Of a stretch of 64,000 nt of DNA, positions 28,583 through 38,877 are shown piece after piece. Under the pieces are notes generated by a model that did not search any database, was not told where the DNA came from, and saw only the letters and a program-made list of their open reading frames with translations. Source of the stretch: Candidatus Poribacteria bacterium (GTDB lineage Bacteria; Poribacteria; WGA-4E; PCPOR2b). The position numbers and the translations under genes are program-made. Location: contig OZ244587.1 of NCBI GenBank assembly GCA_965218095.1, forward strand, positions 384,001-448,000, written 5' to 3'. Positions within the stretch are counted from its first letter, which is position 1; every line of letters starts with the position of its first letter.

Positions 28583-31138
28583 ATGAACCAACAAATAACG
28601 TCCCCCGAAGCGTTTTTTGGCTTCCAACTGGGAAGCGATCGGAAAATGGCACGATGGAATCAGATTGTCGATTATTTCCGGTTATTGGGGGAGCAGAGCG
28701 ACAAAATCCAAGTCATTGATATGGGGCCCTCCACAGAAGGGCACCCGTTTCTACTTGTGATTATCTCATCGCCGGAGAATCTGGCGAATTTGGCGCATCT
28801 CCGCGAGGTGAACGCTCAAATCAAGGATCCGCGCGGGGTATCGGCGGAGGCGATAAGGTCGCTCGTGGGCGAAGGAAAGGCAATTATCCTCCAATCAATG
28901 GGGCTGCATGCGACAGAGATTGGCAGCACTCAGATGGCCTCAGAGTTGGCTTACGATCAGATCACTCGGACCGATGAAGAAGCGACACGCATTCTGGATA
29001 ACGTCATCTCACTGATGGTGCCATGCTTCAATCCGGATGGCCAGATTATGGTGACTGATTGGTACAACGAATATCTCAATACGGAGTACGAAGGCTGTAC
29101 GCTGCCGTGGTTGTATCACAAGTATGCCGGGCATGACAACAATCGCGACGCTTTCATGTTTAACTTGGTCGAGTCCCAGTATATGGCACAAATCATGTAT
29201 CAGGAGTGGCAGCCCCACGCTTACCAAGACCATCACGAGATGGGCTGCTACGGGGCCCGCTTATGGGTGTGCCCCTATTCGGAGCCGCTTCATCCACACG
29301 GCGCCCCGTTGGTTTGGCGGGAGATTAGCTGGTACGGGGCGCACATGGCGTATAAGCTGGAGGAAGCGGGTAAGACCGGTGTCCTCAATGCGTCCCTGTT
29401 CCCGGCGTGGAGCCACCTCGGTTTCCACTGGATGGGTAACTATCACAACATCGCCAGCATGTTGACGGAGTCGGCACATGCTAAGTTGGCGACCCCGATG
29501 TACATCCACAGAAGTCAACTGAAAGGCGAAGACGACAGGAAGCAACTGCTAGACGAAGGCGGTAATACGTTAAGGGCATTTCCCCACTACAAGCCTCAGA
29601 CGAACTTTCCTCATCCATGGGAGGGGGGTTGGTGGAGACTTCGCGACATCGTCGAGCAACAAAAAATATCGGCGTGGGGGCTACTTGATATGGCGGCACG
29701 GAATAAGGATACAATTCTGCAGAATGCATATCTGAAGGCAGAGCGACAGACAGCACTTGGTGTGTCTGGTACACCTGCCGCATACCTTATCCGCCCAGAC
29801 CAACACGATCCGCTGACCGTTGTGAAAATGATCAACAAACTACGGGTTCAGGGGATAGACATCCAGAAAGCGGTGCAGGGCTTCACCGTCAACGGCTTAA
29901 GCTACCCAGCGGGGACCTACTGCATTCCCCTCAATCAACCGAAGATGGGGGTCATTAAGACGTTGCTGGGACGGACTCTATACCCGGACGACGCTTGGAC
30001 GCGACAACCGGATGGTACGCCTCAGCGGCCCTATGATTCCGCAACGGACACCATGGCGGAGTTCATGGGGGTCGATGCCGTGCCGGTAAAGGAGAGTGTC
30101 GAAGGGAATTTTGAAGCGGTTACGGCACCCGAACCCCTTACCGGGAGGGTAGTCGGAGCCTCGCAGTCCGGTTATCTTTTCGATGGCAGGTTAAACGACA
30201 GCTTCAAAGTCGTCAATCGGTTGTTCGATCAGGGTGTCCAAGTCACACGCCTTCGCGAGGCGGTATCAGTGGGGAATGAAGAATTTCCGGCGGGCGCGTT
30301 TGTGGCTTCCGCAGGGTCTGAGGAGCTACTCACAGAGATCACCCAAAATTGTGGCGTTACCTTCTACGCGCTTGGAGGGGGATTGGAAACAGAGCAGCGC
30401 GAAGTCCGGCGAGGGCGTATCGGTATGTACCAGCGATACTGGGGCGGCAACATGGATGAGGGCTGGACGCGGCTGGTCCTGGAACAGTTTGGATTCCCGT
30501 ACCAGACGCTGAAAGATGAGGAGGTTAAAGCGGGCAACTTGAATCAGCGTATTGACATCCTCATACTGCCCGACGATTCCACCGCCATGATCATCGGCGA
30601 CAAGGCGGAGGATCGACTCAGAGAAAACCCCGCTCCACCAGAATACCGAAGCGGTATCGGGGAAGCGGGGGTTGAAGCGATAAAAGGGTTCGTCGAGGGC
30701 GGCGGCACGTTGGTAACGCTCAACCAAGCCTGCGACTTCGCCATCAAGAAGTTGGATCTGCCAGTGAAAAACGTCCTCGCAGATAAGTCAGCCAAAGAAT
30801 TCTTCTGCCCCGGTTCCACTCTACACGCCCATATCGACACGACGCATCGGCTCACTTACGGTATGCCCCACGAGGCACTCATCTTCTTCTGGAACGGTCC
30901 CACCTTCCGCGCCCAACCCTCTTTTTCCAATGAGAGATGCGAGATTCTCGTCCAATATCCTGAGAGGGAGGTCTTGCAGAGCGGGTGGCTTGTCGGTGAA
31001 GAGCAGATAGCGGGGACGGCTGCCATGATTTCAGCGGGTTACGGTGAAGGCTCGGTTGTCCTGTTCGGATTCAGACCGCAGCATCGGGCGCAAACGCATG
31101 GGACGTTCAAATTGTTTTTCAACGCGCTTATTTGTTAA
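28583..31138 (+). CDS. M14 zinc carboxypeptidase-family protein with C-terminal GATase-like domain
   Basis: HATE zinc motif, NPDG, GHDNNRD, DHHEMG, MDEGWTR. Confidence 0.9.
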   Translation: MNQQITSPEAFFGFQLGSDRKMARWNQIVDYFRLLGEQSDKIQVIDMGPSTEGHPFLLVIISSPENLANLAHLREVNAQIKDPRGVSAEAIRSLVGEGKAIILQSMGLHATEIGSTQMASELAYDQITRTDEEATRILDNVISLMVPCFNPDGQIMVTDWYNEYLNTEYEGCTLPWLYHKYAGHDNNRDAFMFNLVESQYMAQIMYQEWQPHAYQDHHEMGCYGARLWVCPYSEPLHPHGAPLVWREISWYGAHMAYKLEEAGKTGVLNASLFPAWSHLGFHWMGNYHNIASMLTESAHAKLATPMYIHRSQLKGEDDRKQLLDEGGNTLRAFPHYKPQTNFPHPWEGGWWRLRDIVEQQKISAWGLLDMAARNKDTILQNAYLKAERQTALGVSGTPAAYLIRPDQHDPLTVVKMINKLRVQGIDIQKAVQGFTVNGLSYPAGTYCIPLNQPKMGVIKTLLGRTLYPDDAWTRQPDGTPQRPYDSATDTMAEFMGVDAVPVKESVEGNFEAVTAPEPLTGRVVGASQSGYLFDGRLNDSFKVVNRLFDQGVQVTRLREAVSVGNEEFPAGAFVASAGSEELLTEITQNCGVTFYALGGGLETEQREVRRGRIGMYQRYWGGNMDEGWTRLVLEQFGFPYQTLKDEEVKAGNLNQRIDILILPDDSTAMIIGDKAEDRLRENPAPPEYRSGIGEAGVEAIKGFVEGGGTLVTLNQACDFAIKKLDLPVKNVLADKSAKEFFCPGSTLHAHIDTTHRLTYGMPHEALIFFWNGPTFRAQPSFSNERCEILVQYPEREVLQSGWLVGEEQIAGTAAMISAGYGEGSVVLFGFRPQHRAQTHGTFKLFFNALIC

Positions 31139-31414
31139 AGATATGGGGAAATATTGTCTGAATCACAGATTAAGTAGATAACGCAGAGGGTACGGATAAA
31201 CAAACGAAGCCGTCGCTGAGCGGTAAGGAACACTGTCGGGCTGGAAGCGTGATGAATTGAGTGATGACAGACGAGGATATCTATTTATGTACACCTTCAG
31301 GTTATTTAACGCCGAGTGAATTTGAGCGACAACACTTGGTTTAACTTTGCTTATTTGTGGTCTAAATTACCGTTGGCACTTCACCGCGTATAAGAATAAC
31401 TCATGAGTTACCTT

Positions 31415-33958
31415 TCAGTCTCCAATTAAGCTCGCCAACGAATACTCAATATCTCTGGACATCTCTTCAATCTTAGATTCTAGTTGTTTTTTAAGTGCTA
31501 GTTTATCTGAAATACCTTCCATGAACGTGTCTATGGAAGATAAGTCCGTACTATCCGGTACAGGTATCATTATTTCCTCAAGTTTGTTCTCCCTGAAGTC
31601 TGGAGAGCCCGCACCGCGACAAACAGAAATGAGCTGATTCCTTACAAACGGTGAGTTTAACATTATCACTAAGTAATCAGCATTGACATTAGGATATAAG
31701 GGCAAATAGCGATTGGTCAGTACTAACCCCTTTGTTGCCTCGCCAATTTTAATTATCTTCCTTCCTGATTCAAGTGAATTTCTTGCATTTGGTAACAAAA
31801 TCAGTTCATCGCCATTCAATTCATAGGTAGCCCGACTTGGTAATTCGATTGCCCTTCTTTTAGTAGGAGTAAAGGCTCCGGTTTCCGGGTCAACGTTTCT
31901 GACCTCAACATATTGGATGACTCTATCAGGGGTCTGTTTTAACGCGCTTCTAGAAATCCTGTTTTGATAGACTGAAACAAGCTCAGAGAGTGGTAGCGAT
32001 TTTGAACGATTCGCTTCGATTTCCTCGCGCAAAATTTCAGCTTTTGGGTGATAATGCCAAGGATTTAAATTATCTTCTTCTTGGAGTCTTGAAATCGGTA
32101 TTAACTTACGCTCATTCCTATAATCCTCTAGAATATCTGGAAAGTCATTCTCCTCAATGTTATGCCCCAAAGTATTATAGCCAACTTTTTCAGCCCAAGC
32201 GACAAATACATTGTAATCTGTTCTAGGATTCGATGTTTTTCTAAGAAACAACAAGTCGCCAAGTATCCCGCAATCTGTATGATGAAATGCTGTTGTGGGC
32301 AAACCAACAACTGCTAAAACCTCGCAGTGACGAAAAATTAGTTCTCTCAACATCTTAAAGGAGTGCGATTCATTTTCAAAGATGCTTCTCGGTAGGACAA
32401 TACTAGCCCGCCCCCCTTCATCCAAAAGACGGATTATCTGCTCGACGAAAATGATTGCCTTATGGATTCCACGAATGTTGCCGTCTTTATTCTTTCCTGT
32501 TTCAAACTCCCTTAAAATTGATTCCTCATTCTCAAACCCCGCAAATGGTGGATTAGCTAAGATCAACGTAAACTTGCCATTGAAGTCTCTGAGGGAATCA
32601 TGCTCATGAATTCTTAATCCATGGCAACGCTGAATGCCAGACCACCCATCTCCGTGCATTATCATGTTCATTCTGGTTGTTCTTACCATTCTAGGACTTA
32701 AATCCGTACCTTTTATATTCTGAGTCACAGTATTATGGATTAACTGCTCAGTGATGTGTTGTGGCAAATTCTGCTGTTGCTGCCTAATCTGATCTGCTAT
32801 TTTCTGCATCGTATAAATTAAAAAGCCGCCGCTACCGCACGATGGGTCTAGCACAATATCGTCTCTTGTAGGTTCAAGAAGGTCTACCATAAACCTTACG
32901 ATTTTTCTGGGTGTGAAGTATTGGCCTAACTCTCCTCGAAATGTTTCGCCAACCATGTTTTCGTAAACAGTACCCTTTGCATCTATGCCTATTACAGATC
33001 TGCCCGCAAAACTAAAGCCCTGAAAAGTCTCGGTTACCTTGCGAATCGATTTATTGTGAATCCAAAATTCATCATCACCCGGTTCTGAAAAAAGTTCTCT
33101 ATACCTGCTTTTCTCCTTAGCGTCTCTCAAGAGACAGCGAATATTATCGCCTGTCTCGTCCTCGCTTTCTCCAGCTAAAACAGAGAACATATACTCATTA
33201 GGGATTTCCTGTTCATCATAAACTTTAACGAAAAACAATTTTACTAGCTCATCGAAAGCCTTTGCGGGGTCTACTCCCTCACTATGAATCTGGTCGTGAC
33301 ATGTCTTAATTAAATCACGAAGTTGCTTCTCATCAGCAATAGGGGGTAACTTGTGACTTTTCGAGAGTCTCTTAGTAAGTGGCTTGGACCCAATCCAATG
33401 AGGTATATCGCTTACAACAATGCCATCAACTGGGTGAGGTTGTGTTTCAAAAGCGGACCATCGATCTGAATCCGTAAAAAGATGATATAATGCCTGCAAA
33501 GCTCGGGAATAACTTGCGGCTTGCTTTGCCCCATCTAATCCCCCAAATTCCCGACATTCAATCACAATCAGGGCAGTTCCGGGTCTCCTTGATGGGTGAG
33601 AATAAATCACAACATCGGCTTTTGTGCCTCCTGAAGTGCCTGATGTCAAGGCTTGTCTTCCTAAGCCACCACAAGATACCTCATGGTCAATATACTCTGT
33701 AGGGTAGCCGTATTCACATACCAACTTACAAATAGTCCAATAATGAACGATTGACTCTTGGGGTTTTGAAAGCCAAGAAGAAAACAGACTTTTCAAAAGC
33801 CTTTTGCTAATTTTGATAGGTTCAATAAGATAATACTCACGAAGTAGAGGAGACATTTCCTTTAAAAGAGAATCAAAGTTCTTTTGATGATTCTCAAGTA
33901 TGGAGTGAATTCTCTGTTCATGGTCAGATGAAATCTTTATCATATGCACACCGGTCAT
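31415..33958 (-). CDS. Single-chain restriction-modification enzyme (HsdR_N nuclease + N6-MTase + TRD; type IIG-like)
   Basis: ADVVIY..IEC nuclease motif, GQYFTPR, DPSCGSGGF, ANPPF, C-terminal TRD-like region; visibly AT-richer than flanks. Confidence 0.85.
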   Translation of the reverse strand: MTGVHMIKISSDHEQRIHSILENHQKNFDSLLKEMSPLLREYYLIEPIKISKRLLKSLFSSWLSKPQESIVHYWTICKLVCEYGYPTEYIDHEVSCGGLGRQALTSGTSGGTKADVVIYSHPSRRPGTALIVIECREFGGLDGAKQAASYSRALQALYHLFTDSDRWSAFETQPHPVDGIVVSDIPHWIGSKPLTKRLSKSHKLPPIADEKQLRDLIKTCHDQIHSEGVDPAKAFDELVKLFFVKVYDEQEIPNEYMFSVLAGESEDETGDNIRCLLRDAKEKSRYRELFSEPGDDEFWIHNKSIRKVTETFQGFSFAGRSVIGIDAKGTVYENMVGETFRGELGQYFTPRKIVRFMVDLLEPTRDDIVLDPSCGSGGFLIYTMQKIADQIRQQQQNLPQHITEQLIHNTVTQNIKGTDLSPRMVRTTRMNMIMHGDGWSGIQRCHGLRIHEHDSLRDFNGKFTLILANPPFAGFENEESILREFETGKNKDGNIRGIHKAIIFVEQIIRLLDEGGRASIVLPRSIFENESHSFKMLRELIFRHCEVLAVVGLPTTAFHHTDCGILGDLLFLRKTSNPRTDYNVFVAWAEKVGYNTLGHNIEENDFPDILEDYRNERKLIPISRLQEEDNLNPWHYHPKAEILREEIEANRSKSLPLSELVSVYQNRISRSALKQTPDRVIQYVEVRNVDPETGAFTPTKRRAIELPSRATYELNGDELILLPNARNSLESGRKIIKIGEATKGLVLTNRYLPLYPNVNADYLVIMLNSPFVRNQLISVCRGAGSPDFRENKLEEIMIPVPDSTDLSSIDTFMEGISDKLALKKQLESKIEEMSRDIEYSLASLIGD

Positions 33959-34224
33959 CTACTTGTTGTCGGTTGTCAGTTTTCGGGGGAATGGTTCTTG
34001 GTTTTCGGTTGTCAGTAAGAGATTTCTATACGGAGCCCTGCTATACACATAGCGCTCCTCTGGAGCGAAAAGTAAAGCACTTCAGGTTTAACAGAAAACC
34101 GATGGAACTTCAATACCTAGCAACTTGAGTTATACTATGGCACAACGTTGTTGGTATCTTCCGGACGCGCAATGAATTGCGCTACTACAAACTCAAGTGC
34201 GTAACTCCTATCCATAAAGAATCA

Positions 34225-34779
34225 TCATCGGACATTATTTTTGTCATCTTTCTTTCTGAGTTGTTCCGCCTTGGCAAAATCAGCGTCGGTGCGGTCAAGA
34301 TCTCCTTTTTTCTGGTACGTCTTTCCGCGCAACTCATAGGCGAAGGCATAATCGGGTTTCAGTTCTATTGTTCGAGTAAGGTCTACAATCGCAGGGTCAT
34401 AATCCTCTTTCATCAAGTAAACTGCACCGCGACCGCGATAGGCATCGGCATAATCCGGCTTCAGTTCTATTGCTATAGTAAAATCCTCAAGGGCACGGTT
34501 GTAATCCTCTTTCATCAAGTAAGCCACACCGCGACCAACATAACCGTAAGCTTGATTGGGATCAAGTCCTATTACTATGGTCCAGTTTGCGATAGCGCGA
34601 AGATAATCCTCTTTTTCAGAGTAAGCCAACGCCCGCCAAGCATAGGCATCGGCATAGTTAGGCTTCAATTCTATTGCTTGGGTATACTCAGGGATAGCGC
34701 GGTCATAATTGGCTTCACGATGATAGTCTCGCCCACGATTGTAATAATCTTGGGCATTTGAGGGTATTGAAGGGGGCAT
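34225..34779 (-). CDS. Tetratricopeptide repeat protein
   Basis: About five 34-aa repeats AIELKPDYADAY..RG. Confidence 0.9.
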   Translation of the reverse strand: MPPSIPSNAQDYYNRGRDYHREANYDRAIPEYTQAIELKPNYADAYAWRALAYSEKEDYLRAIANWTIVIGLDPNQAYGYVGRGVAYLMKEDYNRALEDFTIAIELKPDYADAYRGRGAVYLMKEDYDPAIVDLTRTIELKPDYAFAYELRGKTYQKKGDLDRTDADFAKAEQLRKKDDKNNVR

Positions 34780-34852
34780 AGGAATTTCCTTTCCGATAGC
34801 TGGGAGCGGAGGACTTAAAGCCCCCTGGAGTTCAATTAGATGATTTTGTTAA

Positions 34853-35302
34853 TTATCGCGTTTCCAGACGGCTGGCTCTCTCTTGCAGATATGCAAGAAT
34901 CTCTTGAGAGGGGGAACTGTCTTCCCCTTGAGAGTCTCTATTTCCTTTGCCTATCCTTCTCTCAAAATAAACGAAAATTCCTACTGGTACACTAATAACA
35001 GCAGTAATTAACACAATTACAAGGTTTTGTAGAAATCCAAGTCGCTTATCCACGTTACTGCTACTACTGGTAAGTCTCTTATCCACGTCGGCAATGCTAG
35101 CAGTCAAACGCTTGTCCATTTCATCAATTCGGGTGGTCAATAACTGAAGCTTGAGATCGGTACGGGCTTCAGATTCCGCGATTTCTTCTTTGACAATTGC
35201 GCGAATAGCTTGTAAATCCTCTTTTGTTAATTCACTGAGAACGGGCGCAGCAAAGAAGAAATTGAGTAAAACTCCAATGGTAAGCCATTTCATCATCAAC
35301 AT
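34853..35302 (-). CDS. Hypothetical coiled-coil membrane protein
   Basis: Signal peptide, 11-aa DKRL repeats, C-terminal TM. Confidence 0.7.
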   Translation of the reverse strand: MLMMKWLTIGVLLNFFFAAPVLSELTKEDLQAIRAIVKEEIAESEARTDLKLQLLTTRIDEMDKRLTASIADVDKRLTSSSSNVDKRLGFLQNLVIVLITAVISVPVGIFVYFERRIGKGNRDSQGEDSSPSQEILAYLQERASRLETR

Positions 35303-35580
35303 CCTTAGTCATTTGAGAGGTAGGCATAAACATAGTTGACATAGTCAGCCAAGAAGGGGTTTATTGTTATCAGGGCAAAGAGAGTTCTTATGGCAAATAA
35401 GCCGATGTTGGCTGATTATGTTGCTCTTATTATACAACGATTTGAGCGGTTGATGCAACACCCTATTGAACAACAAAGCGTCAAACGGGGAAAACCGTGC
35501 CTTCAAAAGTCAGTGGTGTTGGCTGACGCATCACCCGGAGGTATTGCAATGGAATTTAGCCAGTTGTAATATCTCTAGAA

Positions 35581-35636
35581 TCATGTTAAGAAATCGTGCA
35601 ACAGAAACCGAGTTTTTGGCAAAAACTCGGTTTCTA
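35581..35636. repeat. MITE-like family B, partial copy
   Basis: tcatgttaagaaatcgtgcaacagaaaccgagtttttggcaaaaactcggtttct. Confidence 0.7.
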
Positions 35637-35822
35637 AGCTGTCCTGTTATGCACCTATCGCCCCACCCCGATAAGATTGGGATTCAAAGCAACTGGGGCT
35701 AATGAGAGTAATACGTGGCGCGTAATACGTAAGACGATACGGAACGGAGATCTCCGTTCCCTACGAATTACACTCGGTGCCCCGAACCGCTGGGAAGGTG
35801 TTTAGGTGGCAACTCAGGTTAC

Positions 35823-36446
35823 CTATAATTCCTTCAAAACTGTAGAGCCATCCGCCTCATGAGGGTTTAGTATAAGCGTATCCCCTGTCCTACCCCATGT
35901 ACCTGTTTCTACCTCATCAGCTATTTCGGTTGTGTAAGCGGAACCAGACAGGAGGTAATTACCCGGTATTTCATCCTTGCCGACGAGCACCCCCTGAATA
36001 TCTTCCACCTGCATCTTCACCCGAATAACAATTTCTATTTCCAGTATTCCATTGTCATAAAATGAAAAAGAGATGGACCCATCATAACCAGTAACGCCAT
36101 CACCAGACCAAAACGCTGCGATAGCCTTTCCTCGAAGATCTCCATCCACAACCGAACCATCAGCGCCCAAAAAAGTAAAGTCATCATCATCATAATCATC
36201 ATATTCGGCAAGGGCTTCTAGCGCACTGAATCCCTGATAGCTGTCAAGGGCCCATGTCCCAATCCACTCATTATCTTCAGGTTCAATCGGGTCACCATCT
36301 ATAACTCCAACAATCAATGCCTCAAAATTAGAGCAGCCGATGACTCCGATAATTCCACAAACCCCAAAGAACCCCAAAAACAGGTTAATAACTATTTGTC
36401 TAAACATTTTTATCCACCTTCTTAGTATGTTTTGTGTTGCATTCAC
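35823..36446 (-). CDS. Hypothetical lipoprotein (lipocalin-like barrel possible)
   Basis: VIGC lipobox-like, WIGTW motif, GTW-RTGDTLIL end. Confidence 0.6.
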   Translation of the reverse strand: MNATQNILRRWIKMFRQIVINLFLGFFGVCGIIGVIGCSNFEALIVGVIDGDPIEPEDNEWIGTWALDSYQGFSALEALAEYDDYDDDDFTFLGADGSVVDGDLRGKAIAAFWSGDGVTGYDGSISFSFYDNGILEIEIVIRVKMQVEDIQGVLVGKDEIPGNYLLSGSAYTTEIADEVETGTWGRTGDTLILNPHEADGSTVLKEL

Positions 36447-36515
36447 TACACCGGCATCTCCGCCAGCGGATATGCACTTCAGTAGGGGCAGGGCTTCCCC
36501 ACCCCTACAAGGGAT

Positions 36516-37328
36516 TTACTTGCTATCCTCCCCCAACGTTGTGCGTCCGGTGCGGTGTGGTGGCTCGTAGATCGCCAATTCTTCTGGCGTTGGGTCGGCG
36601 ATTGGGCAGGCAGCGTGCGGTGAGCCCCACGACAAGAATCCGGGCGAGCATTTGAACAAGATCGAGCGGCGTTCCCGGTCGGTGGGCTGCCAAGGAAGTG
36701 TGCCGTGCACCAAAGCTTCGTTGAAGATAACGACGGAACCGGGTCCCGCGACAATTTGTCGAATACAACCCATCCCATCCTCTGTGGACAAAACATGCTC
36801 AGGCGGACGGTAATTCGATTTGTGGCTGCCCGGCACACATGCGAATCCACCGTCCCCTTCACGGACCTCCGTCAACTGCCACGCAGCGACACAGAGTCCG
36901 CACTGCATCCGCCCATGCTCAAATCGGTGATATTGGCTTGGATCGAAAGTCATCCCACCGTGCAGCCAGTGCCCCTCAGTCCCCTTGACCATCTGAATGA
37001 GCCCGGGGCCGTGGTCAAGCCGAAAGCCGGGGCCGAGAATTTCGTTGAAAACGTCGATGACTCGTGGATGCGTCAGCATCCGTCGAAACGGTTCGCACCA
37101 GGGCCGCTCAAAGGTCAGCGGGTTCTGTTGAAATTCTCCGCGGCCGGTCTTCCCCTCCAACGTTTTAAATCCGCGGGAGAGCCCCGGCTGCCGATCGGCG
37201 ATGAGATCTGTGTAGCGGTCAACGGCTTCATTCGCCGCGTCCACCTCGGACGGGGTGAGGACATCTTCGAGCACCACGTAACCCCACAGGTCGAACAAGA
37301 ATTTTTCGTTATCGGTCATTTGCAGCAA
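36516..37328 (-). CDS. Phytanoyl-CoA dioxygenase (PhyH) family protein
   Basis: GYVVLEDVL, LHGG, CVPGSHK, LVHG...R. Confidence 0.9.
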   Translation of the reverse strand: MLQMTDNEKFLFDLWGYVVLEDVLTPSEVDAANEAVDRYTDLIADRQPGLSRGFKTLEGKTGRGEFQQNPLTFERPWCEPFRRMLTHPRVIDVFNEILGPGFRLDHGPGLIQMVKGTEGHWLHGGMTFDPSQYHRFEHGRMQCGLCVAAWQLTEVREGDGGFACVPGSHKSNYRPPEHVLSTEDGMGCIRQIVAGPGSVVIFNEALVHGTLPWQPTDRERRSILFKCSPGFLSWGSPHAACPIADPTPEELAIYEPPHRTGRTTLGEDSK

Positions 37329-37346
37329 CTCCTTTCCTGTGATACT

Positions 37347-37476
37347 ATCAGGACTCGCGCGATTGAATAGGCTGATTAACTCTCAACCTACTGTGCATCC
37401 TGCATCTTGCATCGGATTCAGGATTCAAGATGCCGTACAATCCTGGATTCTGCACATCGGCTGCGTAAGTCCTGAT
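37347..37476. mobile_element. MITE with atcaggact(t)acgc-type terminal inverted repeats enclosing heptamer repeats
   Basis: atcaggactcgcgc ... gcgtaagtcctgat; lone end also near 27374. Confidence 0.6.
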
Positions 37477-37909
37477 CATCTAATGATTGGATGTGAACGC
37501 GCATTTCAATGAACTTATAGCGAGTAAAACACGCGCTTCTCCCGTCATCCTCAACGAAGGGAAGGATCTCTTGCACCTTAATGAGGAGATTCTCCGCTGC
37601 GTTCTATTAGACTTTCAAGAAACTACCCGCAATGAGTTCAATACGATTTCACACTTGACTCGGCTTATGGGTAATGATACAATGATTTATCTTCTAATTA
37701 TATCAGTTTTTAGAAATTTGTTCAACAGGATTATACAAAACAAAGCAGAATTTCGAGAAACTGTGGGCGGGGTTGCAACTGGAGCTTGAATAATGGCCGA
37801 CAGGTACCTCCTTTGCCCGCCAATTAGTCACAGAATATCAGGGCTACCTAACAGGACGTAAAAAGGGCATTTGAAAAACTGAAATCCCTGCTTCCGGGAG
37901 GAAAAGACC

Positions 37910-38824
37910 ATGAACCATCAAGATTTCCGAGAACCACACCCACCACGCGACTTGCCCTTCGAGATTAGGCCACTGTCGTCGGCGCTTGGGGCCGAAATTG
38001 TCGGGATTAGCTTGGACGAAGCAGCGAGCGAAGCGGTATTTCCCGCAGTCTACGAAGCATTCCTCGAATATCAACTCATCCTGTTCCGCGACATCGATCC
38101 CGATAGATCGGGATGCAAGCACTTGCCGCCAGCGCTCCAAGTCAAGTTCGCCCGAAATTTCGGCGAGGTGCAGGTCCACGTGATGAATCAGTATCACGGC
38201 TACGAGGACTATCCGGAGATCTACTTTCTCTCGAACCTCGACGAGAACGGGGTTCCGACTGGCGCACACCCGGATAAGGGCACACTGCACTGGCATACCG
38301 ACGGCTCCTGGATGCGCCGTACCGGCCTGGCGACCATGATGTACGCCGAAATCGTTCCAGCGGCGGGCGGAGAGACACATTTCTGCAACATGTACGGCGT
38401 ATATCACGGATTAAGTGCGGAGATGAAGAACCGGCTCAACGGACTCCGAGCGATCCACAATCTCGACTTCTCGCGCACCCGTCGACACGGCGAGGATCCA
38501 ATGACGGCGGAGCAGAAAGCGAAAGTACCGCCGGTTGACCATCCGATCGTCCGCACCCATCCGGAGACCAAGCGCAGGTGTATTTTTCTGGGCGACCATG
38601 CCGAATACGTGCAGGGCATGGACTACAACGAGGGCCGAGCGCTGATTGAAGAGATCAACCGTCAGATCACGGCAGAGCGCCTCATCTATCGTCACAAATG
38701 GAAGCCGCGGCAGGTTATCGTCTGGGACAACCGCTGCCTCCTGCACCGGGCGACAGTCTACGACACCGCCAGGGAACGCCGGATCATGCGGCGCTGTACG
38801 GTGCTCGGTGACGTGCCGTATTAA
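37910..38824 (+). CDS. TauD/TfdA family dioxygenase
   Basis: WHTD, GGET, HPIVRTHPET, WDNRCLLHRA. Confidence 0.92.
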   Translation: MNHQDFREPHPPRDLPFEIRPLSSALGAEIVGISLDEAASEAVFPAVYEAFLEYQLILFRDIDPDRSGCKHLPPALQVKFARNFGEVQVHVMNQYHGYEDYPEIYFLSNLDENGVPTGAHPDKGTLHWHTDGSWMRRTGLATMMYAEIVPAAGGETHFCNMYGVYHGLSAEMKNRLNGLRAIHNLDFSRTRRHGEDPMTAEQKAKVPPVDHPIVRTHPETKRRCIFLGDHAEYVQGMDYNEGRALIEEINRQITAERLIYRHKWKPRQVIVWDNRCLLHRATVYDTARERRIMRRCTVLGDVPY

Positions 38825-38877
38825 CCACTGCGTTTGGCAGCAAAAAAAGGTAGAAGGAATAAGGAGGAGGAAATCAA

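Noticed and set aside
35475-35545. c-di-GMP-I riboswitch-like text
   Set aside because: Lacks the GGCAAAC..GACGCAAA core and second stem
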